Below are positions 30,401 through 45,800 of a stretch of 64,000 bases of DNA, in pieces. Under the pieces are notes generated by a model. That model saw nothing but the letters and a program-made list of their open reading frames with translations. It made no database searches and had not been told where the DNA came from. The translations under genes were made by a program, and so were the position numbers. Source of the DNA: Eledone cirrhosa (taxonomy: Eukaryota). Each line of letters opens with the position of its first letter. Positions within the stretch are counted from its first letter, which is position 1. Where the stretch lies: NCBI GenBank assembly GCA_964016885.1, contig OZ024742.1, positions 343,666,001-343,730,000 of the forward strand. Direction: 5' to 3'.

Positions 30401-33400
30401 GATACAGTCACAGTATGGTGTGATATACTGAGATACACCCAGAGTATTGTATGGTATACTGAGATAGAGTCACAGTATGGTGTGATATACTGAGATACAG
30501 TGACAGTATGGTGTGGTACACTGAGATACAGTCACAGTATGGTTTGATATACTGACATACAGTCACAGTATGGTGTGATATACTGAGATACAGTGACAGT
30601 ATGGTGTGGTACACTGAGATACAGTCACAGTATGGTTTGATATACTGAGATACAGTCACAGTATGGTGTGGTATACTGAGATACAGTCACAGTATGGTGT
30701 GGTACACTGAGATACAGTCACAGTATGGTGTGATATACTGAGATACACCCACAGTATTGTATGGTATACAGAGATACAGTCACAGTATGGTGTGGTATAC
30801 TGAGATACTGTCAGAGTATGGTGTGATATACTGAGATACACCCACAGTATGGTGTGATATACAGAGATACACTCACAGTATGATGTGATATACAGAGATA
30901 CAGTCACAGTATGGTGTGATATACTGAGATACAATCACAGTATGGTGTGGTATACTGAGATACATTCACAGTATGGTGTGAGATACTGAGATACACCAAC
31001 AGTGTGGTGTGATATACTGAACTACACCCACAGTATGGTGTGATATACTGAGATACAGTCACAGTATGGTGTGGTACACAGAGATACAGTCACAGTATGG
31101 TGTGAGATACTGAGATACAGTCACAGTATGGTGTGAGATACTGAGATACAGTCACAGTATGGTGTGGTTTACTGAGATACAGTCACAGTATGGTGTGACA
31201 TACTGAGATACACCCACAGTATGGTGTGGTACACTGAGATACAGTCACAGTATGGTGTGATATACTGAGATACAGTCACAGTATGGTGTGAGATACTGAG
31301 ATACAGTCACAGTATGGTGTGGTATACTGAGATACAATCACAGTATGGTGTGGCATACTGAGATACAGTCACAGTATGGTGTGGTACACTGAGATACAGT
31401 CACAGTATGGTGTGAGATACTGAGATACAGTCACAGTATTGTGTGATATACTGAGATACAGTCACAGTATGGTGTGAGATACTGAGATACAGTCACAGTA
31501 TGGTGTGATATACTGAGATACAGTCACAGTATGGTGTGGTACACTGAGATACAGTCACAATATGGTGTGATATAATGAGATACAGTCACAGTATGGTGTG
31601 ATATACTGAGATACAGTCAGAATATGGTGTGGTATACTGAGATACAGTCACAGTATGGTGTGATATACTGAGATACACCTAGAGTATTGTATGGTATACT
31701 GAGATAGAGTCACAGTATGGTGTGATATACTGAGATACAGTGACAGTATGGTGTGGTACACTGAGATACAGTCACAGTATGGTTTGATATACTGACATAC
31801 AGTCACAGTATGGTGTGATATACTGAGATACAGTGACAGTATGGTGTGGTACACTGAGATACAGTCACAGTATGGTTTGATATACTGAGATACAGTCACA
31901 GTATGGTGTGGTATACTGAGATACAGTCACAGTATGGTGTGGTACACTGAGATACAGTCACAGTATGGTGTGATATACTGAGATACACCCACAGTATTGT
32001 ATGGTATACAGAGATACAGTCACAGTATGGTGTGGTATACTGAGATACTGTCAGAGTATGGTGTGATATACTGAGATACACCCACAGTATGGTGTGATAT
32101 ACAGAGATACACTCACAGTATGATGTGATATACAGAGATACAGTCACAGTATGGTGTGATATACTGAGATACAATCACAGTATGGTGTGGTATACTGAGA
32201 TACATTCACAGTATGGTGTGAGATACTGAGATACACCCACAGTGTGGTGTGATATACTGAACTACACCCACAGTATGGTGTGATATACTGAGATACAGTC
32301 ACAGTATGGTGTGGTACACAGAGATACAGTCACAGTATGGTGTGACATACTGAGATACACCCACAGTATGGTGTGGTACACTGAGATACAGTCACAGTAT
32401 GGTGTGATATACTGAGATACAGTCACAGTATGGTGTGAGATACTGAGATACAGTCACAGTATGGTGTGGTATACTGAGATACAATCACAGTATGGTGTGG
32501 CATACTGAGATACAGTCACAGTATGGTGTGGTACACTGAGATACAGTCACAGTATGGTGTGAGATACTGAGATACAGTCACAGTATTGTGTGATATACTG
32601 AGATACAGTCACAGTATGGTGTGAGATACTGAGATACAGTCACAGTATGGTGTGGTACACTGAGATACAGTCACAGTATGGTGTGGTTTACTGAGATACA
32701 GTCACAGTATGGTGTGAGATACTGAGATACAGTTAAAGTATGGTGTGGTACACTGAGATACAGTCACAGTATGGTGTGATATACTGAGATACAGTCACAG
32801 TATGGTGTGAGATACTGAGATACAGTCACAGTTTGGTGTGGTATACTGAGATACAGTCACAGTAAGGTGTGATATACTGAGATACAGTCACAGTATGGTG
32901 TGGTATACTGACATACAGTCACAGTATGGTGTGGTACACTGAGATACAGTCACAGTATGGTGTGATATACTGAGATACAGTCACAGTATCGTGTGGTATA
33001 CTGAGATACAATCACAGTATTGTGTGATATACTGAGATACAGTCACAGTATGGTGTGATATACTGAGATACACCCACAGTATGGTGTGGTACACTGAGAT
33101 AGAGTCAGAGTGTGGTGTGGTATACTGAGATACAGTCACAGTATGGTGGGAGATACTGAGATACAGTCTCAGTATGGTGTGGTATACTGAGATAAAATCA
33201 CAGTATGGTGTGGCATACTGAGACAGAGTCACAGTATGGTGTGAAATACTGAGATACAGTCACAGTATGGTGTGAGATACTGAGATACAGTCACAGGATG
33301 GTGTGGTTTACTGAGATACAGTCACAGTATGGTGTGATATACCGAGATACAGTCACAGTATGGTGTGGTACACTGAGATACAGTCAAAGTATGGTGTGAG

Positions 33401-36400
33401 ATACTGAGATACAGTCACAGTATGGTGTGGTACACTTAGATACAGTCACAGTATGGTGTGATATACTGAGATACAGTCACAGTATGGTGTGGTATACTGA
33501 GATACAGTCACAGTATGGTGTGATATACTGAGATACAGTGACAGTATGGTGTGGTACACTGAGATACACTCACAGTATGGTGTGATATACTGAGATACAC
33601 CCAGAGTATTGTATGGTATACTGAGATAGAGTCACAGTATGGTGTGATATACTGAGATACAGTCACAGTATGGTGTGATATACTGAGATACAGTCACAGT
33701 ATGGTGTGGTACACTGAGATACAGTCACAATATGGTGTGATATAATGAGATACAGTCACAGTATGGTGTGATATACTGAGATACAGTCAGAATATGGTGT
33801 GGTATACTGAGATACAGTCACAGTATGGTGTGATATACTGAGATACACCCAGAGTATTGTATGGTATACTGAGATAGAGTCACAGTATGGTGTGATATAC
33901 TGAGATACAGTGACAGTATGGTGTGGTACACTGAGATACACTCACAGTATGGTTTGATATACTGACATACAGTCACAGTATGGTGTGATATACTGAGATA
34001 CAGTGACAGTATGGTGTGGTACACTGAGATACAGTCACAGTATGGTTTGATATACTGAGATACAGTCACAGTATGGTGTGGTATACAGAGATACAGTCAT
34101 AGTATGGTGTGGTACACTGAGATACAGTCACAGTATGGTGTGATATACTGAGATACACCCACAGTATTGTATGGTATACAGAGATACAGTCACAGTATGG
34201 TGTGATATATTGAGATACAGTCAGAGTATGGTGTGATATACTGAGATACAGTCAGAGTATGGTGTGATATACTGAGATACACCCACAGTATGGTGTGATA
34301 TACAGAGATACACTCACAGTATGATGTGATATACAGAGATACAGTCACAGTATGGTGTGATATACTGAGATACAGTCACAGTATGGTGTGGTATACTGAG
34401 ATACATTCAAAGTATGGTGTGAGATACTGAGATACACCCACAGTGTGGTGTGATATACTGAACTACACCCACAGTATGGTGTGATATACTGAGATACAGT
34501 CCCTGTATGTTGTGGTACACAGAAATACAGTCACAGAATGCTGTGAGATACTGAGATACAGTCACAGTATGGTGTGAGATACTGAGATACAGTCACAGCA
34601 TGGTGTGAGATACTGAGATACAGTCACAGTATGGTGTGGTTTACTGAGATACAGTCACAGTATGGTGTGATATACTGAGATACACTCACAGTATGGTGTG
34701 GTACACTGAGATACAGTCACAGTATGGTGTGATATACTGAGATACAGTCACAGTATGGTGTGAGATACTGAGATACAGTCACAGTATGGTGTGGTATACT
34801 GAGATACAATCACAGTATGGTGTGGCATACTGAGATACAGTCACAGTATGGTGTGGTACACTGAGATACAGTCACAGTATGGTGTGAGATACTGAGATAC
34901 AGTCACAGTATGGTGTGATATACTGAGATACAGTCACAGTATGGTGTGAGATACTGAGATACAGTCACAGTATGGTGTGGTACACTAAGATACAGTCACA
35001 GTATGGTGTGGTTTACTGAGATACAGATACAGTATGGTGTGAGATACTGAGATACAGTCAAAGTATGGTGTGGTACACTGAGATACAGTCACAGTATGGT
35101 GTGATATACTGAGATACAGTCACAGTATGGTGTGAGATACTGAGATACAGTCACAGTAAGGTGTGCTACACTGAGATACAGTCACAGTATGGTGTGATAT
35201 ACTGAGATACACTCACAGTATGGTGTGGTACACTGAGATACAGTCACAGTATGGTGTGATATACTGAGATACAGTCACAGTATGGTGTGAGATACTGAGA
35301 TACAGTCACAGTATGGTGTGGTATACTGAGATACAATCACAGTATGGTGTGGCATACTGAGAAACAGTCACAGTATGGTGTGGTACACTGAGATACAGTC
35401 ACAGTATGGTGTGAGATACTGAGATACAGTCACAGTATGGTGTGATATACTGAGATACAGTCACAGTATGGTGTGAGATACTGAGATACAGTCACAGTAT
35501 GGTGTGGTACACTGATATACAGTCACAGTATGGTGTGATATACTGAGATATAGTCACAGTAGGGTGTGAGATACTGAGATACAGTCACAGTAAGGTGTGC
35601 TACACTGAGATACAGTCACAGTATGGTGTGAGATACTGAGATACAGTCAAAGTATGGTGTGGTACACTGAGATACAGTCACAGTATGGTGTGATATACTG
35701 AGATACAGTCACAGTATGGTGTGAGATACTGAGATAGAGGTCACAGTATGGTGTGGTATACTGAGATACAGTCACAGTAAGATGTGCTACACTGATATAC
35801 AGTCATAGTATGGTGTGATATACTGAGAGACACCCACAGTATGGTGTGGTACACTGAGATACAGTCAGAGTGTGGTGTGGTATACTGAGATACAGTCACA
35901 GTATGCTGTGAGATACTGAGATACAATCACAGTATGGTGTGGTATACTGAGATACAGTCACATTATGGTGTGAGATACTGAGATACAGTCACAGTATGTT
36001 GTGATATACTGAGATACAGTCACAGTATGGTGTGGTATACTGAGATACAGTCACAGTATGGTGTGGTATACAGAGATACAGTCACAGTATGGTGTGGTAC
36101 ACTGAGATACAGTCACAGTATGGTGTGAGATACTGAGATACAGTCACAGTATGGTGTGGTACACTGAGATACAGTCACAGTATGGTGTGATATACTGAGA
36201 TACAGTCACAGTATGGTGTGGTATACTGAGATACAGTCACAGTATGGTGTGATATACTGAGATACAGTGACAGTATGGTGTGGTACACTGAGATACACTC
36301 ACAGTATGGTGTGATATACTGAGATACACCCAGAGTATTGTATGGTATACTGAGATAGAGTCACAGTATGGTGTGATATACTGAGATACAGTCACAGTAT

Positions 36401-36800
36401 GGTGTGATATACTGAGATACAGTCACAGTATGGTGTGGTACACTGAGATACAGTCACAATATGGTGTGATATAATGAGATACAGTCACAGTATGGTGTGA
36501 TATACTGAGATACAGTCAGAATATGGTGTGGTATACTGAGATACAGTCACAGTATGGTGTGATATACTGAGATACACCCAGAGTATTGTATGGTATACTG
36601 AGATAGAGTCACAGTATGGTGTGATATACTGAGATACAGTCACAGTATGGTGTGGTACACTGAGATACACTCACAGTATGGTTTGATATACTGACATACA
36701 GTCACAGTATGGTGTGATATACTGAGATACAGTGACAGTATGGTGTGGTACACTGAGATACAGTCACAGTATGGTTTGATATACTGAGATACAGTCACAG
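21500..36800. repeat. ~15.7-kb higher-order duplication, copy 2
   Basis: Collinear with 5690-21050 from ACAGTATGCTGTGAG (5701/21512) until the copies diverge near 21060/36810. Confidence 0.92.
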
Positions 36801-39800
36801 TATGGTGTGGTATACTGAGATACAGTCACAGTATGGTGTGGTACACTGAGATACAGTCACAGTATGGTGTGATATACTGAGATACACCCACAGTATTGTA
36901 TGGTATACAGAGATACAGTCACAGTATGGTGTGGTATACTGAGATACTGTCAGAGTATGGTGTGATATACTGAGATACACCCACAGTATGGTGTGATATA
37001 CAGAGATACACTCACAGTATGATGTGATATACAGAGATACAGTCACAGTATGGTGTGATATACTGAGATACAATCACAGTATGGTGTGGTATACTGAGAT
37101 ACATTCACAGTATGGTGTGAGATACTGAGATACACCAACAGTGTGGTGTGATATACTGAACTACACCCACAGTATGGTGTGATATACTGAGATACAGTCA
37201 CAGTATGGTGTGGTACACAGAGATACAGTCACAGTATGGTGTGAGATACTGAGATACAGTCACAGTATGGTGTGAGATACTGAGATACAGTCACAGTATG
37301 GTGTGGTTTACTGAGATACAGTCCCAGTATGGTGTGACATACTGAGATACACCCACAGTATGGTGTGGTACACTGAGATACAGTCACAGTATGGTGTGAT
37401 ATACTGAGATACAGTCACAGTATGGTTTGATATACTGAGATACAGTCACAGTATGGTGTGGTATACTGAGATACAGTCACAGTATGGTGTGGTACACTGA
37501 GATACAGTCACAGTATGGTGTGATATACTGAGATACACCCACAGTATGGTGTGATATACAGAGATACACTCACAGTATGATGTGATATACAGAGATACAG
37601 TCACAGTATGGTGTGATATACTGAGATACAATCACAGTATGGTGTGGTATACTGAGATACATTCACAGTATGGTGTGAGATACTGAGATACACCCACAGT
37701 GTGGTGTGATATACTGAACTACACCCACAGTATGGTGTGATATACTGAGATACAGTCACAGTATGGTGTGGTACACAGAGATACAGTCACAGTATGGTGT
37801 GACATACTGAGATACACCCACAGTATGGTGTGGTACACTGAGAAACAGTCACAGTATGGTGTGATATACTGAGATACAGTCACAGTATGGTGTGAGATAC
37901 TGAGATACAGTCACAGTATGGTGTGGTATACTGAGATACAATCACAGTATGGTGTGGCATACTGAGATACAGTCACAGTATGGTGTGGTACACTGAGATA
38001 CAGTCACAGTATGGTGTGAGATACTGAGATACAGTCACAGTATTGTGTGATATACTGAGATACAGTCACAGTATGGTGTGAGATACTGAGATACAGTCAC
38101 AGTATGGTGTGGTACACTGAGATACAGTCACAGTATGGTGTGGTTTACTGAGATACAGTCACAGTATGGTGTGAGATACTGAGATACAGTTAAAGTATGG
38201 TGTGGTACACTGAGATACAGTCACAGTATGGTGTGATATACTGAGATACAGTCACAGTATGGTGTGAGATACTGAGATACAGTCACAGTATGGTGTGGTA
38301 TACTGAGATACAGTCACAGTAAGGTGTGATATACTGAGATACAGTCACAGTATGGTGTGGTATACTGACATACAGTCACAGTATGGTGTGGTACACTGAG
38401 ATACAGTCACAGTATGGTGTGATATACTGAGATACAGTCACAGTATCGTGTGGTATACTGAGATACAATCACAGTATTGTGTGATATACTGAGATACAGT
38501 CACAGTATGGTGTGATATACTGAGATACACCCACAGTATGGTGTGGTACACTGAGATAGAGTCAGAGTGTGGTGTGGTATACTGAGATACAGTCACAGTA
38601 TGGTGGGAGATACTGAGATACAGTCTCAGTATGGTGTGGTATACTGAGATAAAATCACAGTATGGTGTGGCATACTGAGACAGAGTCACAGTATGGTGTG
38701 AAATACTGAGATACAGTCACAGTATGGTGTGAGATACTGAGATACAGTCACAGGATGGTGTGGTTTACTGAGATACAGTCACAGTATGGTGTGATATACC
38801 GAGATACAGTCACAGTATGGTGTGGTACACTGAGATACAGTCACAGTATGGTGTGAGATACTGAGATACAGTCACAGTATGGTGTGGTACACTTAGATAC
38901 AGTCACAGTATGGTGTGATATACTGAGATACAGTCACAGTATGGTGTGGTATACTGAGATACAGTCACAGTATGGTGTGATATACTGAGATACAGTGACA
39001 GTATGGTGTGGTACACTGAGATACACTCACAGTATGGTGTGATATACTGAGATACACCCAGAGTATTGTATGGTATACTGAGATAGAGTCACAGTATGGT
39101 GTGATATACTGAGATACAGTCACAGTATGGTGTGATATACTGAGATACAGTCACAGTATGGTGTGGTACACTGAGATACAGTCACAATATGGTGTGATAT
39201 AATGAGATACAGTCACAGTATGGTGTGATATACTGAGATACAGTCAGAATATGGTGTGGTATACTGAGATACAGTCACAGTATGGTGTGATATACTGAGA
39301 TACACCCAGAGTATTGTATGGTATACTGAGATACAGTCACAGTATGGTGTGATATATTGAGATACTGTCACAGTATGGTGTGGTATACTGAGATACAGTC
39401 AGAGTATGGTGTGATATACTGAGATACACCCACAGTACGGTGTGTTATACAGAGATACACTCACAGTATGATGTGATATACAGAGATACAGTCACAGTAT
39501 GGTGTGATATACTGAGATACAGTCACAGTATGGTGTGGTATACTGAGATACATTCACAGTATGGTGTGAGATACTGAGATACACCCACAGTGTGGTGTGA
39601 TATACTGAACTACACCCACAGTATGGTGTGATATACTGAGATACAGTCACAGTATGGTGTGGTACACAGAGATACAGTCACAGAATGCTGTGAGATACTG
39701 AGATACAGTCACAGTATGGTGTGATATACTGAGATACAGTGACAGTATGGTGTGGTACACTGAGATACACTCACAGTATGGTTTGATATACTGACATACA

Positions 39801-42800
39801 GTCACAGTATGGTGTGATATACTGAGATACAGTGACAGTATGGTGTGGTACACTGAGATACAGTCACAGTATGGTTTGATATACTGAGATACAGTCACAG
39901 TATGGTGTGGTATACAGAGATACAGTCATAGTATGGTGTGGTACACTGAGATACAGTCACAGTATGGTGTGATATACTGAGATACACCCACAGTATTGTA
40001 TGGTATACAGAGATACAGTCACAGTATGGTGTGATATATTGAGATACAGTCAGAGTATGGTGTGATATACTGAGATACAGTCAGAGTATGGTGTGATATA
40101 CTGAGATACACCCACAGTATGGTGTGATATACAGAGATACACTCACAGTATGATGTGATATACAGAGATACAGTCACAGTATGGTGTGATATACTGAGAT
40201 ACAGTCACAGTATGGTGTGGTATACTGAGATACATTCAAAGTATGGTGTGAGATACTGAGATACACCCACAGTGTGGTGTGATATACTGAACTACACCCA
40301 CAGTATGGTGTGATATACTGAGATACAGTCCCTGTATGTTGTGGTACACAGAAATACAGTCACAGAATGCTGTGAGATACTGAGATACAGTCACAGTATG
40401 GTGTGAGATACTGAGATACAGTCACAGCATGGTGTGAGATACTGAGATACAGTCACAGTATGGTGTGGTTTACTGAGATACAGTCACAGTATGGTGTGAT
40501 ATACTGAGATACACTCACAGTATGGTGTGGTACACTGAGATACAGTCACAGTATGGTGTGATATACTGAGATACAGTCACAGAATGGTGTGAGATACTGA
40601 GATACAGTCACAGTATGGTGTGGTATACTGAGATACAATCACAGTATGGTGTGGCATACTGAGATACAGTCACAGTATGGTGTGGTACACTGAGATACAG
40701 TCACAGTATGGTGTGAGATACTGAGATACAGTCACAGTATGGTGTGATATACTGAGATACAGTCACAGTATGGTGTGAGATACTGAGATACAGTCACAGT
40801 ATGGTGTGGTACACTAAGATACAGTCACAGTATGGTGTGGTTTACTGAGATACAGATACAGTATGGTGTGAGATACTGAGATACAGTCAAAGTATGGTGT
40901 GGTACACTGAGATACAGTCACAGTATGGTGTGATATACTGAGATACAGTCACAGTATGGTGTGAGATACTGAGATACAGTCACAGTAAGGTGTGCTACAC
41001 TGAGATACAGTCACAGTATGGTGTGATATACTGAGATACACTCACAGTATGGTGTGGTACACTGAGATACAGTCACAGTATGGTGTGATATACTGAGATA
41101 CAGTCACAGTATGGTGTGAGATACTGAGATACAGTCACAGTATGGTGTGGTATACTGAGATACAATCACAGTATGGTGTGGCATACTGAGAAACAGTCAC
41201 AGTATGGTGTGGTACACTGAGATACAGTCACAGTATGGTGTGAGATACTGAGATACAGTCACAGTATGGTGTGATATACTGAGATACAGTCACAGTATGG
41301 TGTGAGATACTGAGATACAGTCACAGTATGGTGTGGTACACTGATATACAGTCACAGTATGGTGTGATATACTGAGATATAGTCACAGTAGGGTGTGAGA
41401 TACTGAGATACAGTCACAGTAAGGTGTGCTACACTGAGATACAGTCACAGTATGGTGTGAGATACTGAGATACAGTCAAAGTATGGTGTGGTACACTGAG
41501 ATACAGTCACAGTATGGTGTGATATACTGAGATACAGTCACAGTATGGTGTGAGATACTGAGATAGAGGTCACAGTATGGTGTGGTATACTGAGATACAG
41601 TCACAGTAAGATGTGCTACACTGATATACAGTCATAGTATGGTGTGATATACTGAGAGACACCCACAGTATGGTGTGGTACACTGAGATACAGTCAGAGT
41701 GTGGTGTGGTATACTGAGATACAGTCACAGTATGCTGTGAGATACTGAGATACAATCACAGTATGGTGTGGTATACTGAGATACAGTCACATTATGGTGT
41801 GAGATACTGAGATACAGTCACAGTATGTTGTGATATACTGAGATACAGTCACAGTATGGTGTGGTATACTGAGATACAGTCACAGTATGGTGTGGTATAC
41901 AGAGATACAGTCACAGTATGGTGTGGTACACTGAGATACAGTCACAGTATGGTGTGAGATACTGAGATACAGTCACAGTATGGTGTGGTACACTGAGATA
42001 CAGTCACAGTATGGTGTGATATACTGAGATACAGTCACAGTATGGTGTGGTATACTGAGATACAGTCACAGTATGGTGTGATATACTGAGATACAGTGAC
42101 AGTATGGTGTGGTACACTGAGATACACTCACAGTATGGTGTGATATACTGAGATACACCCAGAGTATTGTATGGTATACTGAGATAGAGTCACAGTATGG
42201 TGTGATATACTGAGATACAGTCACAGTATGGTGTGATATACTGAGATACAGTCACAGTATGGTGTGGTACACTGAGATACAGTCACAATATGGTGTGATA
42301 TAATGAGATACAGTCACAGTATGGTGTGATATACTGAGATACAGTCAGAATATGGTGTGGTATACTGAGATACAGTCACAGTATGGTGTGATATACTGAG
42401 ATACACCCAGAGTATTGTATGGTATACTGAGATAGAGTCACAGTATGGTGTGATATACTGAGATACAGTGACAGTATGGTGTGGTACACTGAGATACACT
42501 CACAGTATGGTTTGATATACTGACATACAGTCACAGTATGGTGTGATATACTGAGATACAGTGACAGTATGGTGTGGTACACTGAGATACAGTCACAGTA
42601 TGGTTTGATATACTGAGATACAGTCACAGTATGGTGTGGTATACTGAGATACAGTCACAGTATGGTGTGGTACACTGAGATACAGTCACAGTATGGTGTG
42701 ATATACTGAGATACACCCACAGTATTGTATGGTATACAGAGATACAGTCACAGTATGGTGTGGTATACTGAGATACTGTCAGAGTATGGTGTGATATACT

Positions 42801-45800
42801 GAGATACACCCACAGTATGGTGTGATATACAGAGATACACTCACAGTATGATGTGATATACAGAGATACAGTCACAGTATGGTGTGATATACTGAGATAC
42901 AATCACAGTATGGTGTGGTATACTGAGATACATTCTCAGTATGGTGTGAGATACTGAGATACACCAACAGTGTGGTGTGATATACTGAACTACACCCACA
43001 GTATGGTGTGATATACTGAGATACAGTCACAGTATGGTGTGGTACACAGAGATACAGTCACAGTATGGTGTGAGATACTGAGATACAGTCACAGTATGGT
43101 GTGAGATACTGAGATACAGTCACAGTATGGTGTGGTTTACTGAGATACAGTCACAGTATGGTGTGACATACTGAGATACACCCACAGTATGGTGTGGTAC
43201 ACTGAGATACAGTCACAGTATGGTGTGATATACTGAGATACAGTCACAGTATGGTGTGAGATACTGAGATACAGTCACAGTATGGTGTGGTATACTGAGA
43301 TACAATCACAGTATGGTGTGGCATACTGAGATACAGTCACAGTATGGTGTGGTACACTGAGATACAGTCACAGTATGGTGTGAGATACTGAGATACAGTC
43401 ACAGTATTGTGTGATATACTGAGATACAGTCACAGTATGGTGTGAGATACTGAGATACAGTCACAGTATGGTGTGATATACTGAGATACAGTCACAGTAT
43501 GGTGTGGTACACTGAGATACAGTCACAATATGGTGTGATATAATGAGATACAGTCACAGTATGGTGTGATATACTGAGATACAGTCAGAATATGGTGTGG
43601 TATACTGAGATACAGTCACAGTATGGTGTGATATACTGAGATACACCTAGAGTATTGTATGGTATACTGAGATAGAGTCACAGTATGGTGTGATATACTG
43701 AGATACAGTGACAGTATGGTGTGGTACACTGAGATACAGTCACAGTATGGTTTGATATACTGACATACAGTCACAGTATGGTGTGATATACTGAGATACA
43801 GTGACAGTATGGTGTGGTACACTGAGATACAGTCACAGTATGGTTTGATATACTGAGATACAGTCACAGTATGGTGTGGTATACTGAGATACAGTCACAG
43901 TATGGTGTGGTACACTGAGATACAGTCACAGTATGGTGTGATATACTGAGATACACCCACAGTATTGTATGGTATACAGAGATACAGTCACAGTATGGTG
44001 TGGTATACTGAGATACTGTCAGAGTATGGTGTGATATACTGAGATACACCCACAGTATGGTGTGATATACAGAGATACACTCACAGTATGATGTGATATA
44101 CAGAGATACAGTCACAGTATGGTGTGATATACTGAGATACAATCACAGTATGGTGTGGTATACTGAGATACATTCACAGTATGGTGTGAGATACTGAGAT
44201 ACACCCACAGTGTGGTGTGATATACTGAACTACACCCACAGTATGGTGTGATATACTGAGATACAGTCACAGTATGGTGTGGTACACAGAGATACAGTCA
44301 CAGTATGGTGTGACATACTGAGATACACCCACAGTATGGTGTGGTACACTGAGATACAGTCACAGTATGGTGTGATATACTGAGATACAGTCACAGTATG
44401 GTGTGAGATACTGAGATACAGTCACAGTATGGTGTGGTATACTGAGATACAATCACAGTATGGTGTGGCATACTGAGATACAGTCACAGTATGGTGTGGT
44501 ACACTGAGATACAGTCACAGTATGGTGTGAGATACTGAGATACAGTCACAGTATTGTGTGATATACTGAGATACAGTCACAGTATGGTGTGAGATACTGA
44601 GATACAGTCACAGTATGGTGTGGTACACTGAGATACAGTCACAGTATGGTGTGGTTTACTGAGATACAGTCACAGTATGGTGTGAGATACTGAGATACAG
44701 TTAAAGTATGGTGTGGTACACTGAGATACAGTCACAGTATGGTGTGATATACTGAGATACAGTCACAGTATGGTGTGAGATACTGAGATACAGTCACAGT
44801 ATGGTGTGGTATACTGAGATACAGTCACAGTAAGGTGTGATATACTGAGATACAGTCACAGTATGGTGTGGTATACTGACATACAGTCACAGTATGGTGT
44901 GGTACACTGAGATACAGTCACAGTATGGTGTGATATACTGAGATACAGTCACAGTATCGTGTGGTATACTGAGATACAATCACAGTATTGTGTGATATAC
45001 TGAGATACAGTCACAGTATGGTGTGATATACTGAGATACACCCACAGTATGGTGTGGTACACTGAGATAGAGTCAGAGTGTGGTGTGGTATACTGAGATA
45101 CAGTCACAGTATGGTGGGAGATACTGAGATACAGTCTCAGTATGGTGTGGTATACTGAGATAAAATCACAGTATGGTGTGGCATACTGAGACAGAGTCAC
45201 AGTATGGTGTGAAATACTGAGATACAGTCACAGTATGGTGTGAGATACTGAGATACAGTCACAGGATGGTGTGGTTTACTGAGATACAGTCACAGTATGG
45301 TGTGATATACCGAGATACAGTCACAGTATGGTGTGGTACACTGAGATACAGTCACAGTATGGTGTGAGATACTGAGATACAGTCACAGTATGGTGTGGTA
45401 CACTTAGATACAGTCACAGTATGGTGTGATATACTGAGATACAGTCACAGTATGGTGTGGTATACTGAGATACAGTCACAGTATGGTGTGATATACTGAG
45501 ATACAGTGACAGTATGGTGTGGTACACTGAGATACACTCACAGTATGGTGTGATATACTGAGATACACCCAGAGTATTGTATGGTATACTGAGATAGAGT
45601 CACAGTATGGTGTGATATACTGAGATACAGTCACAGTATGGTGTGATATACTGAGATACAGTCACAGTATGGTGTGGTACACTGAGATACAGTCACAATA
45701 TGGTGTGATATAATGAGATACAGTCACAGTATGGTGTGATATACTGAGATACAGTCAGAATATGGTGTGGTATACTGAGATACAGTCACAGTATGGTGTG

